Shown piece after piece: positions 13,473 through 26,891 of a DNA stretch of 31,561 nucleotides. Each line of letters opens with the position of its first letter. The stretch's first letter is position 1. The translations under genes and the position numbers were made by a program. Location of the stretch: IMG/VR virus record IMGVR_UViG_2534681698_000021. One strand, given 5' to 3'. Origin of the DNA: a virus (taxonomy: Duplodnaviria; Heunggongvirae; Uroviricota; Caudoviricetes). The notes beneath the pieces were generated by a model. The model was not told where the DNA came from, did not search any database, and was given only the letters and a program-made list of their open reading frames with translations.

Positions 13473-13561
13473 CCCCGCAACTTCAATTCTGTTTTGCGTG
13501 CCTGCTCCAGATTTTGCGATGTTTTTTTGCCCAGCACACTGAGAACGTGAGATACTCACAA

Positions 13562-13577
13562 CTGTATATAAATACAG
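13562..13577 (+). promoter_or_regulatory. LexA (SOS) box upstream of dinD
   Basis: CTGTATATAAATACAG fits the CTG-N10-CAG LexA consensus perfectly, about 45 nt upstream of the dinD start. Confidence 0.85.
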
Positions 13578-13622
13578 TTACAGATTTACTTTCTTTGCAA
13601 TCGATATCACATGGAGTGGGCA

Positions 13623-14447
13623 ATGAACGAACATCATCAACCTTTTGAAGAAATACGGCATTATGGCACTGAAGGGCAAGAATTTTGGTCAGCTAGAGAA
13701 TTGGCACCGTTACTGGATTATCGGGACTGGCGCAATTTTCAAAAGGTACTGGCCCGCGCGACTCAAGCGTGCGAAGCCAGCAATCAAGCTGCATCTGACC
13801 ATTTCGTTGAAACCACCAAAATGGTTGTATTAGGTTCAGGGGCTCAACGAGAACTTGAAGATGTTCATCTCTCCCGCTATGCCTGTTACCTGGTAGTACA
13901 AAACGGCGACCCTGCGAAACCGGTTATTGCGGCAGGGCAAACTTATTTTGCTATCCAGACCCGACGGCAGGAGCTGGCTGACGATGAAGCTTTCAGGCAA
14001 CTTCGTGAAGACGAAAAGCGTCTTTTTCTGAGAAATGAATTGAAAGAACATAACAAACAATTAGTTGAGGCAGCGCAGCAAGCTGGGGTAGCGACAGCTA
14101 TCGATTTCGCCATATTTCAGAATCATGGTTACCGGGGGCTGTATGGTGGATTAGATCAGAAAGCCATCCATCAGCGGAAGGGGCTGAAAAAGAGTCAGAA
14201 GATCCTGGATCATATGGGTTCAACAGAACTGGCGGCTAATCTCTTTCGAGCTACCCAAACAGAAGAAAAACTCAAGCGGGATGGCGTGAATTCAAAACAG
14301 CAAGCTAATACCACACACTTTGACGTGGGTAGCAAGGTGAGGCAAACCATTCAGGAACTTGGCGGAACCATGCCTGAGGAGTTGCCGACCCCGCAGGTCA
14401 GCATCAAGCAGTTGGAAAACAGTGTAAAAATTACAGAGAAGAAATAG
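13623..14447 (+). CDS. dinD: DNA damage-inducible protein D
   Basis: ORF 13611-14447; recognised N-terminus MNEHHQPFEEIRHYGTEGQEFW gives start at 13623 (274 aa). Confidence 0.9.
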   Translation: MNEHHQPFEEIRHYGTEGQEFWSARELAPLLDYRDWRNFQKVLARATQACEASNQAASDHFVETTKMVVLGSGAQRELEDVHLSRYACYLVVQNGDPAKPVIAAGQTYFAIQTRRQELADDEAFRQLREDEKRLFLRNELKEHNKQLVEAAQQAGVATAIDFAIFQNHGYRGLYGGLDQKAIHQRKGLKKSQKILDHMGSTELAANLFRATQTEEKLKRDGVNSKQQANTTHFDVGSKVRQTIQELGGTMPEELPTPQVSIKQLENSVKITEKK

Positions 14448-14737
14448 CAGAAACTAAAAACTCTTTTTGTTGATTGAGACACCCGATGCGTAAGCCAAGG
14501 TCCAGGTGCAGTGAACACAATGGCTAAATATTGCACCTTTCTTTTCCCCCCTCAGTTTTAACCTATTTTTTCTTATGAATTTTCTCAGACAAGAAGTCAG
14601 AAGAATGCATCTCTGCTACAGAAAATAGCGATTTCACATAACTACAAGTTATCAATTTCCCCTCACCTTAAAAAATCTCAATCGTGACAATGCGCACAAA
14701 TCGCTACCCTGCCAGACAGATTTTTAGGGAGAGAACC

Positions 14738-17915
<3,178 letters not shown>

Positions 17916-17969
17916 ACCTGATTTCAGTATCATGCCCAGTCATTTCTTCACCTGTGGAGCTTTTTAAGT

Positions 17970-18245
17970 ATGGCACGCGTAACTGTTCAGGACGCTGTAG
18001 AGAAAATTGGTAACCGTTTTGACCTGGTACTGGTCGCCGCGCGTCGCGCTCGTCAGATGCAGGTAGGCGGAAAGGATCCGCTGGTACCGGAAGAAAACGA
18101 TAAAACCACTGTAATCGCGCTGCGCGAAATCGAAGAAGGTCTGATCAACAACCAGATCCTCGACGTTCGCGAACGCCAGGAACAGCAAGAGCAGGAAGCC
18201 GCTGAATTACAAGCCGTTACCGCTATTGCTGAAGGTCGTCGTTAA
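17970..18245 (+). CDS. rpoZ: RNA polymerase omega subunit
   Basis: 91-aa [32 protein letters not shown]..., recognised as RpoZ. Confidence 0.95.
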
Positions 18246-18263
18246 TCACAAAGCGGGTCGCCC

Positions 18264-20372
18264 TTGTATCTGTTTGAAAGCCTGAATCAACTGATTCAAA
18301 CCTACCTGCCGGAAGACCAAATCAAGCGTCTGCGGCAGGCGTATCTCGTTGCACGTGATGCTCACGAGGGGCAAACACGTTCAAGCGGTGAACCCTATAT
18401 CACGCACCCGGTAGCGGTTGCCTGCATTCTGGCCGAGATGAAACTCGACTATGAAACGCTGATGGCGGCGCTGCTGCATGACGTGATTGAAGATACTCCC
18501 GCCACCTACCAGGATATGGAACAGCTTTTTGGTAAAAGCGTCGCCGAGCTGGTAGAGGGGGTGTCGAAACTTGATAAACTCAAATTCCGCGATAAGAAAG
18601 AGGCGCAGGCCGAAAACTTTCGCAAGATGATTATGGCGATGGTGCAGGATATCCGCGTCATCCTCATCAAACTTGCCGACCGTACCCACAACATGCGCAC
18701 GCTGGGCTCACTTCGCCCGGACAAACGTCGCCGCATCGCCCGTGAAACTCTCGAAATTTACAGCCCGCTGGCGCACCGTTTAGGTATCCACCACATTAAA
18801 ACCGAACTCGAAGAGCTGGGTTTTGAGGCGCTGTATCCCAATCGTTACCGCGTAATTAAAGAAGTGGTGAAAGCCGCGCGCGGCAACCGTAAAGAGATGA
18901 TCCAAAAAATCCTCTCTGAAATCGAAGGGCGTTTGCAGGAAGCGGGAATACCGTGCCGCGTCAGTGGTCGCGAAAAGCATCTTTATTCGATTTACTGCAA
19001 AATGGTGCTCAAAGAGCAGCGTTTTCACTCAATCATGGACATCTACGCTTTCCGCGTGATCGTCAATGATTCTGACACCTGTTATCGCGTGCTGGGCCAG
19101 ATGCACAGCCTGTACAAGCCGCGTCCGGGCCGCGTGAAAGACTATATCGCCATTCCAAAAGCGAACGGCTATCAGTCGTTGCACACCTCGATGATTGGCC
19201 CGCACGGCGTGCCGGTTGAGGTCCAGATCCGTACCGAAGATATGGATCAGATGGCGGAGATGGGTGTTGCCGCGCACTGGGCTTATAAAGAGCACGGCGA
19301 AACCAGTACTACCGCACAAATCCGCGCCCAGCGCTGGATGCAAAGCCTGCTGGAGCTGCAACAGAGCGCCGGTAGTTCGTTTGAATTTATCGAGAGCGTT
19401 AAATCCGATCTCTTCCCGGATGAGATTTACGTTTTCACACCGGAAGGGCGCATTGTCGAGCTGCCTGCCGGTGCAACGCCCGTCGACTTCGCTTATGCAG
19501 TGCATACCGATATCGGTCATGCCTGCGTGGGCGCACGCGTTGACCGCCAGCCTTACCCGCTGTCGCAGCCGCTTACCAGCGGTCAAACCGTTGAAATCAT
19601 TACCGCTCCGGGCGCTCGCCCGAATGCCGCTTGGCTGAACTTTGTCGTTAGCTCGAAAGCGCGCGCCAAAATTCGTCAGTTGCTGAAAAACCTCAAGCGT
19701 GATGATTCTGTAAGCCTGGGCCGTCGTCTGCTCAACCATGCTTTGGGTGGTAGCCGTAAGCTGAATGAAATCCCGCAGGAAAATATTCAGCGCGAGCTGG
19801 ATCGCATGAAGCTGGCAACGCTTGACGATCTGCTGGCAGAAATCGGACTTGGTAACGCAATGAGCGTGGTGGTCGCGAAAAATCTGCAACATGGGGACGC
19901 CTCCATTCCACCGGCAACCCAAAGCCACGGACATCTGCCCATTAAAGGTGCCGATGGCGTGCTGATCACCTTTGCGAAATGCTGCCGCCCTATTCCTGGC
20001 GACCCGATTATCGCCCACGTCAGCCCCGGTAAAGGTCTGGTGATCCACCATGAATCCTGCCGTAATATCCGTGGCTACCAGAAAGAGCCAGAGAAGTTTA
20101 TGGCTGTGGAATGGGATAAAGAGACGGCGCAGGAGTTCATCACCGAAATCAAGGTGGAGATGTTCAATCATCAGGGTGCGCTGGCAAACCTGACGGCGGC
20201 AATTAACACCACGACTTCGAATATTCAAAGTTTGAATACGGAAGAGAAAGATGGTCGCGTCTACAGCGCCTTTATTCGTCTGACCGCTCGTGACCGTGTG
20301 CATCTGGCGAATATCATGCGCAAAATCCGCGTGATGCCAGACGTGATTAAAGTCACCCGAAACCGAAATTAA
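18264..20372 (+). CDS. spoT: Bifunctional (p)ppGpp synthetase / hydrolase
   Basis: 702-aa ORF ...YLFESLNQLIQTYLPEDQIKRL... with HD-domain motifs; the first codon at 18264-18266 is TTG. Confidence 0.93.
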   Translation: MYLFESLNQLIQTYLPEDQIKRLRQAYLVARDAHEGQTRSSGEPYITHPVAVACILAEMKLDYETLMAALLHDVIEDTPATYQDMEQLFGKSVAELVEGVSKLDKLKFRDKKEAQAENFRKMIMAMVQDIRVILIKLADRTHNMRTLGSLRPDKRRRIARETLEIYSPLAHRLGIHHIKTELEELGFEALYPNRYRVIKEVVKAARGNRKEMIQKILSEIEGRLQEAGIPCRVSGREKHLYSIYCKMVLKEQRFHSIMDIYAFRVIVNDSDTCYRVLGQMHSLYKPRPGRVKDYIAIPKANGYQSLHTSMIGPHGVPVEVQIRTEDMDQMAEMGVAAHWAYKEHGETSTTAQIRAQRWMQSLLELQQSAGSSFEFIESVKSDLFPDEIYVFTPEGRIVELPAGATPVDFAYAVHTDIGHACVGARVDRQPYPLSQPLTSGQTVEIITAPGARPNAAWLNFVVSSKARAKIRQLLKNLKRDDSVSLGRRLLNHALGGSRKLNEIPQENIQRELDRMKLATLDDLLAEIGLGNAMSVVVAKNLQHGDASIPPATQSHGHLPIKGADGVLITFAKCCRPIPGDPIIAHVSPGKGLVIHHESCRNIRGYQKEPEKFMAVEWDKETAQEFITEIKVEMFNHQGALANLTAAINTTTSNIQSLNTEEKDGRVYSAFIRLTARDRVHLANIMRKIRVMPDVIKVTRNRN

Positions 20373-20378
20373 TGTTTT

Positions 20379-21068
20379 ATGAACCCAACACGTTATGCAC
20401 GCATCTGCGAAATGCTCGCCAGGCGGCAGCCTGATCTGACCGTCTGCATGGAGCAGGTCCACAAACCTCATAACGTTTCTGCGATTATTCGTACCGCAGA
20501 TGCCGTTGGCGTACATGAAGTTCACGCCGTCTGGCCTGGTAGCCGCATGCGCACCATGGCTTCGGCAGCTGCGGGTAGTAACAGCTGGGTACAGGTGAAA
20601 ACACACCGCACCATTGGCGATGCCGTCGCTCATCTCAAAGGCCAGGGCATGCAGATTCTGGCAACCCATCTTTCTGATAACGCTGTCGATTTCCGCGAAA
20701 TTGATTACACTCGCCCGACCTGCATTTTGATGGGACAGGAGAAAACGGGCATCACGCAGGAAGCATTGGCCCTGGCGGATCAGGACATCATCATTCCGAT
20801 GATCGGCATGGTGCAGTCGCTGAATGTTTCCGTTGCCTCAGCCCTCATTCTTTACGAAGCCCAGCGTCAGCGGCAAAATGCAGGCATGTACCTGCGTGAA
20901 AACAGCATGTTGCCGGAAGCAGAGCAACAACGCCTGTTGTTTGAAGGCGGCTATCCGGTGCTGGCGAAAGTCGCAAAACGCAAAGGCCTGCCTTATCCCC
21001 ACGTCAATCAGCAAGGCGAGATCGAAGCTGATGCCGACTGGTGGGCTACTATGCAGGCTGCAGGGTAA
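20379..21068 (+). CDS. trmH: tRNA (Gm18) 2'-O-methyltransferase
   Basis: 229-aa ORF MNPTRYARICEMLARRQPDLTVCMEQVHKPHNVSAIIRTADA..., recognised as TrmH/SpoU. Confidence 0.92.
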   Translation: MNPTRYARICEMLARRQPDLTVCMEQVHKPHNVSAIIRTADAVGVHEVHAVWPGSRMRTMASAAAGSNSWVQVKTHRTIGDAVAHLKGQGMQILATHLSDNAVDFREIDYTRPTCILMGQEKTGITQEALALADQDIIIPMIGMVQSLNVSVASALILYEAQRQRQNAGMYLRENSMLPEAEQQRLLFEGGYPVLAKVAKRKGLPYPHVNQQGEIEADADWWATMQAAG

Positions 21069-21073
21069 GTGCC

Positions 21074-23155
21074 ATGAAAGGTCGCCTGTTAGATGCTGTC
21101 CCACTCAGTTCCCTAACGGGCGTTGGCGCAGCACTTAGTAACAAACTGGCGAAAATCAACCTGCATACCGTGCAGGATCTACTCTTACACCTTCCCCTGC
21201 GCTACGAAGATCGCACCCATCTCTACCCCATCGGAGAACTACTGCCGGGCGTTTATGCCACGGTGGAAGGCGAAGTGCTGAACTGCAATATCTCCTTCGG
21301 CGGTCGGCGGATGATGACCTGCCAGATCAGCGACGGTTCCGGCATCCTCACCATGCGCTTTTTCAATTTCAGCGCGGCAATGAAAAATAGCCTGGCGGCG
21401 GGCCGCCGTGTACTGGCTTATGGCGAAGCAAAGCGCGGTAAATATGGTGCGGAGATGATCCACCCGGAATACCGCGTGCAGGGCGATCTCAGCACGCCAG
21501 AATTACAGGAAACGCTCACGCCGGTTTATCCAACAACGGAAGGCGTAAAGCAGGCCACGCTGCGTAAATTAACCGACCAGGCGCTGGATCTGCTCGACAC
21601 CTGCGCCATTGAAGAACTCCTGCCGCCGGAACTGTCACAAGGAATGATGACGCTACCGGAAGCGTTGCGCACTTTGCACCGCCCGCCACCGACGCTACAG
21701 CTTAGCGATCTGGAAACCGGGCAGCATCCGGCGCAACGTCGTCTGATTCTGGAAGAACTGCTGGCGCACAACCTCAGCATGTTAGCCTTACGTGCCGGAG
21801 CACAGCGTTTTCATGCCCAGCCGCTGAGCGCCAATGACACGCTGAAAAATAAACTCCTCGCCGCCTTACCGTTCAAGCCAACGGGCGCACAGGCACGCGT
21901 AGTGGCGGAGATCGAGCGCGATATGGCGCTGGATGTGCCGATGATGCGTCTGGTGCAGGGCGATGTAGGTTCCGGTAAAACGCTGGTCGCCGCCCTCGCC
22001 GCGTTGCGTGCGATTGCCCACGGCAAACAGGTAGCATTGATGGCACCAACCGAATTACTCGCCGAGCAGCACGCCAATAACTTCCGCAACTGGTTTGCAC
22101 CGCTCGGTATCGAAGTGGGCTGGCTCGCCGGTAAGCAGAAAGGTAAAGCACGGCTGGCACAGCAGGAAGCCATCGCCAGCGGTCAGGTGCAGATGATTGT
22201 CGGTACACACGCCATCTTCCAGGAACAGGTGCAGTTTAACGGCCTAGCGCTGGTGATTATCGACGAACAGCATCGTTTTGGCGTGCATCAGCGTCTGGCA
22301 TTGTGGGAGAAAGGCCAGCAGCAGGGCTTCCATCCGCATCAGTTGATCATGACCGCCACGCCGATCCCCCGCACGCTGGCAATGACTGCGTATGCCGATC
22401 TCGATACCTCGGTGATAGATGAGCTGCCGCCAGGCCGCACGCCAGTGACTACGGTCGCTATTCCTGATACCCGCCGTACCGACATCATTGACCGCGTGCA
22501 CCACGCCTGCATAACTGAAGGTCGTCAGGCATACTGGGTTTGTACGTTGATTGAAGAGTCGGAATTGCTGGAAGCGCAGGCGGCGGAAGCTACCTGGGAA
22601 GAGTTGAAACTGGCGCTACCAGAGTTGAACGTTGGCCTGGTACACGGGCGGATGAAACCTGCCGAGAAACAGGCGGTGATGGCGTCGTTTAAACAAGGTG
22701 AGCTACACCTGCTGGTTGCCACAACCGTTATTGAAGTCGGCGTTGATGTGCCTAACGCCAGTCTGATGATTATCGAAAACCCGGAGCGTCTGGGTCTGGC
22801 GCAGTTACACCAGCTTCGCGGGCGTGTAGGTCGTGGTGCGGTGGCTTCTCACTGCGTGCTGCTCTACAAAACGCCGCTCTCCAAAACCGCGCAAATTCGG
22901 CTGCAAGTGCTGCGCGACAGCAACGACGGTTTTGTGATTGCACAGAAAGACTTAGAGATTCGCGGACCGGGTGAACTGTTAGGTACGCGTCAGACGGGTA
23001 ATGCTGAGTTTAAAGTGGCGGATTTACTGCGCGATCAGGCGATGATCCCGGAAGTTCAGCGCCTGGCGCGACATATTCACGAACGTTACCCACAACAAGC
23101 AAAAGCCCTGATAGAACGCTGGATGCCGGAGACGGAACGTTACTCCAACGCATGA
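21074..23155 (+). CDS. recG: ATP-dependent DNA helicase RecG
   Basis: ORF 21041-23155; recognised N-terminus MKGRLLDAVPLSSLTGVG at ATG 21074 (693 aa); helicase motifs GSGKT and DEQH present. Confidence 0.93.
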   Translation: MKGRLLDAVPLSSLTGVGAALSNKLAKINLHTVQDLLLHLPLRYEDRTHLYPIGELLPGVYATVEGEVLNCNISFGGRRMMTCQISDGSGILTMRFFNFSAAMKNSLAAGRRVLAYGEAKRGKYGAEMIHPEYRVQGDLSTPELQETLTPVYPTTEGVKQATLRKLTDQALDLLDTCAIEELLPPELSQGMMTLPEALRTLHRPPPTLQLSDLETGQHPAQRRLILEELLAHNLSMLALRAGAQRFHAQPLSANDTLKNKLLAALPFKPTGAQARVVAEIERDMALDVPMMRLVQGDVGSGKTLVAALAALRAIAHGKQVALMAPTELLAEQHANNFRNWFAPLGIEVGWLAGKQKGKARLAQQEAIASGQVQMIVGTHAIFQEQVQFNGLALVIIDEQHRFGVHQRLALWEKGQQQGFHPHQLIMTATPIPRTLAMTAYADLDTSVIDELPPGRTPVTTVAIPDTRRTDIIDRVHHACITEGRQAYWVCTLIEESELLEAQAAEATWEELKLALPELNVGLVHGRMKPAEKQAVMASFKQGELHLLVATTVIEVGVDVPNASLMIIENPERLGLAQLHQLRGRVGRGAVASHCVLLYKTPLSKTAQIRLQVLRDSNDGFVIAQKDLEIRGPGELLGTRQTGNAEFKVADLLRDQAMIPEVQRLARHIHERYPQQAKALIERWMPETERYSNA

Positions 23156-24006
23156 CCAGACTCATCACAAGACAAGTCACGCAGTAAATCTTCAATCTGG
23201 ATAGTGAGGATATCCATTGCCTCATACGCATCCTGTGCAATTCGCGCCGCCATTGCGCCTTCCGGTTCACCACGCAGAATTTCAGCCGCTGCCTGTACGC
23301 CAGCCACAATCATTTCAGGTGTTAACATTTGGCGAAGAAAAGCGCGATTATCAGAGGACCAGCCATCTTTATGGCCTAATGGATGCCCCCAGCCTATCCA
23401 TTCTTGCGACCATAACGGATTGGCTTCTATGGGATAAATTAGATGCGCGGCATACTGAATAGCACACACCGCTTTTCCTGGCGTATCCAGCGCCCACCAG
23501 CGCGACCAGAGAGAACGAATTAACGGCGCGGCCCCACCCAGAGTATTGAACACCGCCAGCCAGCAAAGAACGTTATTGAAACCACGCTCGTTATCCATAC
23601 GCTGCAACGCGGTGTCCAGTAAAAATTGCCGTACCTGCTGGCGTTGGGAAGCATTCATCATCTCCTGCCAGAGATAGGGCCGACACAATGCCTTCATTAA
23701 GGATTCTTCGAAGTGATCACCATAACCGCCAGCTAAAACGGTTTCATGCCATTGCGCCAGGCAGAGCGGAAACAGATAGCGAAACAACTCTATTTGCATC
23801 GGTTCGTTATAAACGAGATTGAGTACATAGTAAGCACTCAAATCCCATTCGCTGATCTGCTGCCACTCTTTAGCCGCCAGCGCCTTGAGTTCGGCATCTG
23901 CGTAATCAAATTCCGTTTCCCATACACAGAGCACTGGCGGCTCATCACCAAAAATATGGCGACAGTGTTCACGTAGCGTTTCCGGTTCCTTCCGACGCTT
24001 TTTCAT
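23140..24006 (-). CDS. Hypothetical protein, 288 aa, Trp-rich, predicted cytoplasmic; function unknown
   Basis: Uninterrupted 867-nt minus-strand ORF (MKKRRKEPETLREHCRHIFGDEPP...SCDESGHALE). ATG sits 2 nt after the gltS stop (TAA-AA-ATG), and its stop lies 16 nt inside the recG 3' end. About 13 Trp in 288 aa, no hydrophobic segments and no recognisable catalytic motif. No convincing Shine-Dalgarno upstream of the start. Confidence 0.6.
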   Translation of the reverse strand: MKKRRKEPETLREHCRHIFGDEPPVLCVWETEFDYADAELKALAAKEWQQISEWDLSAYYVLNLVYNEPMQIELFRYLFPLCLAQWHETVLAGGYGDHFEESLMKALCRPYLWQEMMNASQRQQVRQFLLDTALQRMDNERGFNNVLCWLAVFNTLGGAAPLIRSLWSRWWALDTPGKAVCAIQYAAHLIYPIEANPLWSQEWIGWGHPLGHKDGWSSDNRAFLRQMLTPEMIVAGVQAAAEILRGEPEGAMAARIAQDAYEAMDILTIQIEDLLRDLSCDESGHALE

Positions 24007-24008
24007 TT

Positions 24009-25214
24009 TTAACCGGCAAAAATCGGCAACATTAAATACAGCTTAATCACCAGCGCATTGACGATATCGATAAAGAACGCACCGACCATCGGCACCACCA
24101 AAAACGCCATGTGCGACGGGCCAAAGCGTTCAGTGATCGCCTGCATGTTGGCGATTGCCGTTGGCGTTGCACCGAGGCCAAAACCACAGTGACCCGCAGC
24201 CAGCACTGCCGCATCGTAGTTTTTGCCCATCATGCGCCAGGTAACGAAGATGGCATACAACGCCATGAAGATGGTCTGTACCACCAGAATCGCCAGCATC
24301 GGCAGCGCCAGCGAAGCCAGCTCCCACAGTTTCAGCCCCATCAGCGCCATCGCCAGGAACAACGACAGGCTTACGTTACCCAGCACGGATACCGCACGCT
24401 CAAAGACGCGGTAAAAGCCCATCATTGACAGACCGTTGCTCAGAATCACGCCAACAAACAGTACACAGACGAAGGTCGGCAGTTCAAAAGCAGTGCCAGC
24501 CAAAAGTTGCGCAACAATTTTCCCCACCGTCAGGCAGATAGCAATCAGCGCGATAGTTTCAATCAGCACCAGCGAGGTGATCATGCGGCCCACATCCGGC
24601 TTTTCAAACGCCGTCGGGACTTCCTGGTCATCCGGAATACCGTTCGGCGTGGTGGAGTGTTTCACCAGATAGCGCGCCACCGGACCGCCAATCAAGCCGC
24701 CCAGCACCAGACCGAACGTTGCACAGGCCATCGCCACTTCCGTCGCATTGGTGAAGCCATAACGTTCAATGAACAATTTACTCCACGCAGCGCCCGTACC
24801 GTGACCGCCGGAAAGCGTAATAGAACCGGCCAACAGCCCCATCAGCGGATCAAGCCCTAACAGGCTAGCCATACCAATGCCAATGGCATTTTGCATCACC
24901 AACAGACCAACAACCACAATCAAGAAGATGCCAACCACACGCCCACCGGCACGCAAACTGGCAATGTTGGCGTTCAGGCCAATGGTGGCGAAGAAAGCCA
25001 GCATTAACGGATCGCGCAGGGACATATCAAAGTTGACTTCCCAGCCCATGCTTTTTTTCAGTACCAGTAGCGCTAGCGCCACCAACAAACCACCCGCAAC
25101 AGGTTCCGGTATGGTGTATTTCTTCAAAAAGGAGACGGAATGGACCAACTTACGCCCGAGCAGCAACGTCAGCGTTGCGGCAACAAGCGTTGCTAAAGTA
25201 TCGAGATGAAACAT
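24009..25214 (-). CDS. gltS: Sodium/glutamate symporter
   Basis: 401-aa polytopic membrane ORF MFHLDTLATLVAATLTLLLGRKLV..., recognised as GltS. Confidence 0.92.
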   Translation of the reverse strand: MFHLDTLATLVAATLTLLLGRKLVHSVSFLKKYTIPEPVAGGLLVALALLVLKKSMGWEVNFDMSLRDPLMLAFFATIGLNANIASLRAGGRVVGIFLIVVVGLLVMQNAIGIGMASLLGLDPLMGLLAGSITLSGGHGTGAAWSKLFIERYGFTNATEVAMACATFGLVLGGLIGGPVARYLVKHSTTPNGIPDDQEVPTAFEKPDVGRMITSLVLIETIALIAICLTVGKIVAQLLAGTAFELPTFVCVLFVGVILSNGLSMMGFYRVFERAVSVLGNVSLSLFLAMALMGLKLWELASLALPMLAILVVQTIFMALYAIFVTWRMMGKNYDAAVLAAGHCGFGLGATPTAIANMQAITERFGPSHMAFLVVPMVGAFFIDIVNALVIKLYLMLPIFAG

Positions 25215-25493
25215 AGTTACTCCTTTGTATCCGCATCACTCTTTCATACTCGTCATACTTCATCGCGCAGTGGCAACCTCATGAACTATGACGGGTATCG
25301 AGTTATGCTTTCCTGGGTCAAATTCTCAGCTGTTAATGAACAAATGGCATGGATTTTAAGCAGAAAAATACCAAAAGTTATATAAAAAAGTGCATTTATC
25401 TCATTTAAATATTTAGATGAGGATGTGGCAAACGTTTGCTTTTCTCTTTCGGTCAGCTAAAATGCCCGCTTTGCTACCACGGGATTGTTTTCG

Positions 25494-26885
25494 ATGTCTG
25501 TTTCCACCCTCGAGTCAGAAAATGCGCAACCGGTTGCGCAGACTCAAAACAGCGAACTGATTTACCGTCTTGAAGATCGTCCGCCGCTTCCTCAAACCCT
25601 GTTTGCCGCCTGTCAGCATCTGCTGGCGATGTTCGTTGCGGTGATCACGCCAGCGCTATTAATCTGCCAGGCGCTGGGTTTACCGGCACAAGACACGCAA
25701 CACATTATTAGTATGTCGCTGTTTGCCTCCGGTGTGGCATCGATTATTCAAATTAAGGCCAGGGGTCCGGTTGGCTCCGGGCTGTTGTCTATTCAGGGCA
25801 CCAGCTTCAACTTTGTTGCCCCGCTGATTATGGGCGGTACCGCGCTGAAAACCGGTGGTGCTGATGTTCCTACCATGATGGCGGCTTTGTTCGGCACGTT
25901 GATGCTGGCAAGTTGCACCGAGATGGTGATCTCCCGCGTTCTGCATCTGGCGCGCCGCATTATTACGCCGCTGGTTTCTGGCGTTGTGGTGATGATTATC
26001 GGCCTGTCGCTAATTCAGGTGGGGCTGACCTCCATTGGCGGCGGTTACGCAGCCATGAGCGATAACACCTTCGGCGCACCGAAAAATCTGCTGCTGGCAG
26101 GCGTGGTTTTAGCCTTAATTATCCTGCTTAACCGTCAACGTAACCCTTACTTACGCGTGGCATCACTGGTAATTGCGATGGCGGCCGGATATGCGCTGGC
26201 GTGGTTTATGGGCATGTTGCCAGAAAGCAACGAACCGATGACGCAAGAACTGATTATGGTGCCAACGCCGCTCTATTACGGTCTTGGCATTGAATGGAGT
26301 CTGCTGCTGCCGCTGATGCTGGTCTTTATGATCACTTCGCTGGAAACCATTGGCGATATCACGGCGACCTCTGACGTTTCCGAACAGCCAGTGTCCGGTC
26401 CGCTGTACATGAAACGCCTGAAAGGCGGCGTGCTGGCAAACGGCCTGAACTCGTTTGTTTCGGCGGTGTTTAACACCTTCCCGAACTCCTGCTTCGGGCA
26501 AAACAACGGAGTGATCCAGTTGACTGGTGTTGCCAGCCGCTATGTCGGTTTTGTCGTCGCGCTGATGTTGATCGTGCTGGGTCTGTTCCCGGCAGTGAGC
26601 GGTTTTGTACAACACATTCCAGAACCGGTTCTGGGCGGCGCAACGCTTGTAATGTTTGGCACCATCGCCGCCTCCGGTGTGCGTATCGTTTCTCGTGAGC
26701 CGCTGAACCGTCGGGCGATTCTGATTATCGCGCTGTCGCTGGCGGTTGGTCTGGGCGTGTCTCAGCAGCCGCTGATTTTGCAGTTTGCCCCTGAATGGCT
26801 GAAAAACCTGCTCTCCTCCGGGATCGCCGCGGGCGGTATTACTGCCATCGTGCTGAATCTGATTTTCCCACCAGAAAAACAGTAA
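25494..26885 (+). CDS. xanP: Xanthine permease (NCS2 family)
   Basis: ORF 25485-26885 (track begins at a TTG); recognised N-terminus [18 protein letters not shown] at ATG 25494 (463 aa). Confidence 0.9.
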   Translation: MSVSTLESENAQPVAQTQNSELIYRLEDRPPLPQTLFAACQHLLAMFVAVITPALLICQALGLPAQDTQHIISMSLFASGVASIIQIKARGPVGSGLLSIQGTSFNFVAPLIMGGTALKTGGADVPTMMAALFGTLMLASCTEMVISRVLHLARRIITPLVSGVVVMIIGLSLIQVGLTSIGGGYAAMSDNTFGAPKNLLLAGVVLALIILLNRQRNPYLRVASLVIAMAAGYALAWFMGMLPESNEPMTQELIMVPTPLYYGLGIEWSLLLPLMLVFMITSLETIGDITATSDVSEQPVSGPLYMKRLKGGVLANGLNSFVSAVFNTFPNSCFGQNNGVIQLTGVASRYVGFVVALMLIVLGLFPAVSGFVQHIPEPVLGGATLVMFGTIAASGVRIVSREPLNRRAILIIALSLAVGLGVSQQPLILQFAPEWLKNLLSSGIAAGGITAIVLNLIFPPEKQ

Positions 26886-26891
26886 TTCACT

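Noticed and set aside
19029-20669. 546-aa open reading frame on the minus strand, antisense to spoT and trmH
   Set aside because: It lies entirely inside two confidently recognised genes on the opposite strand. Long antisense frames are common in GC-biased coding sequence, and the translation is low-complexity (Arg/Ala/Gly-rich) with no recognisable domain.
21811-22208. Overlapping antisense ORFs (120 and 111 aa) inside recG
   Set aside because: Inside a confidently recognised helicase gene; Ala/Arg/Ser-rich chance frames.
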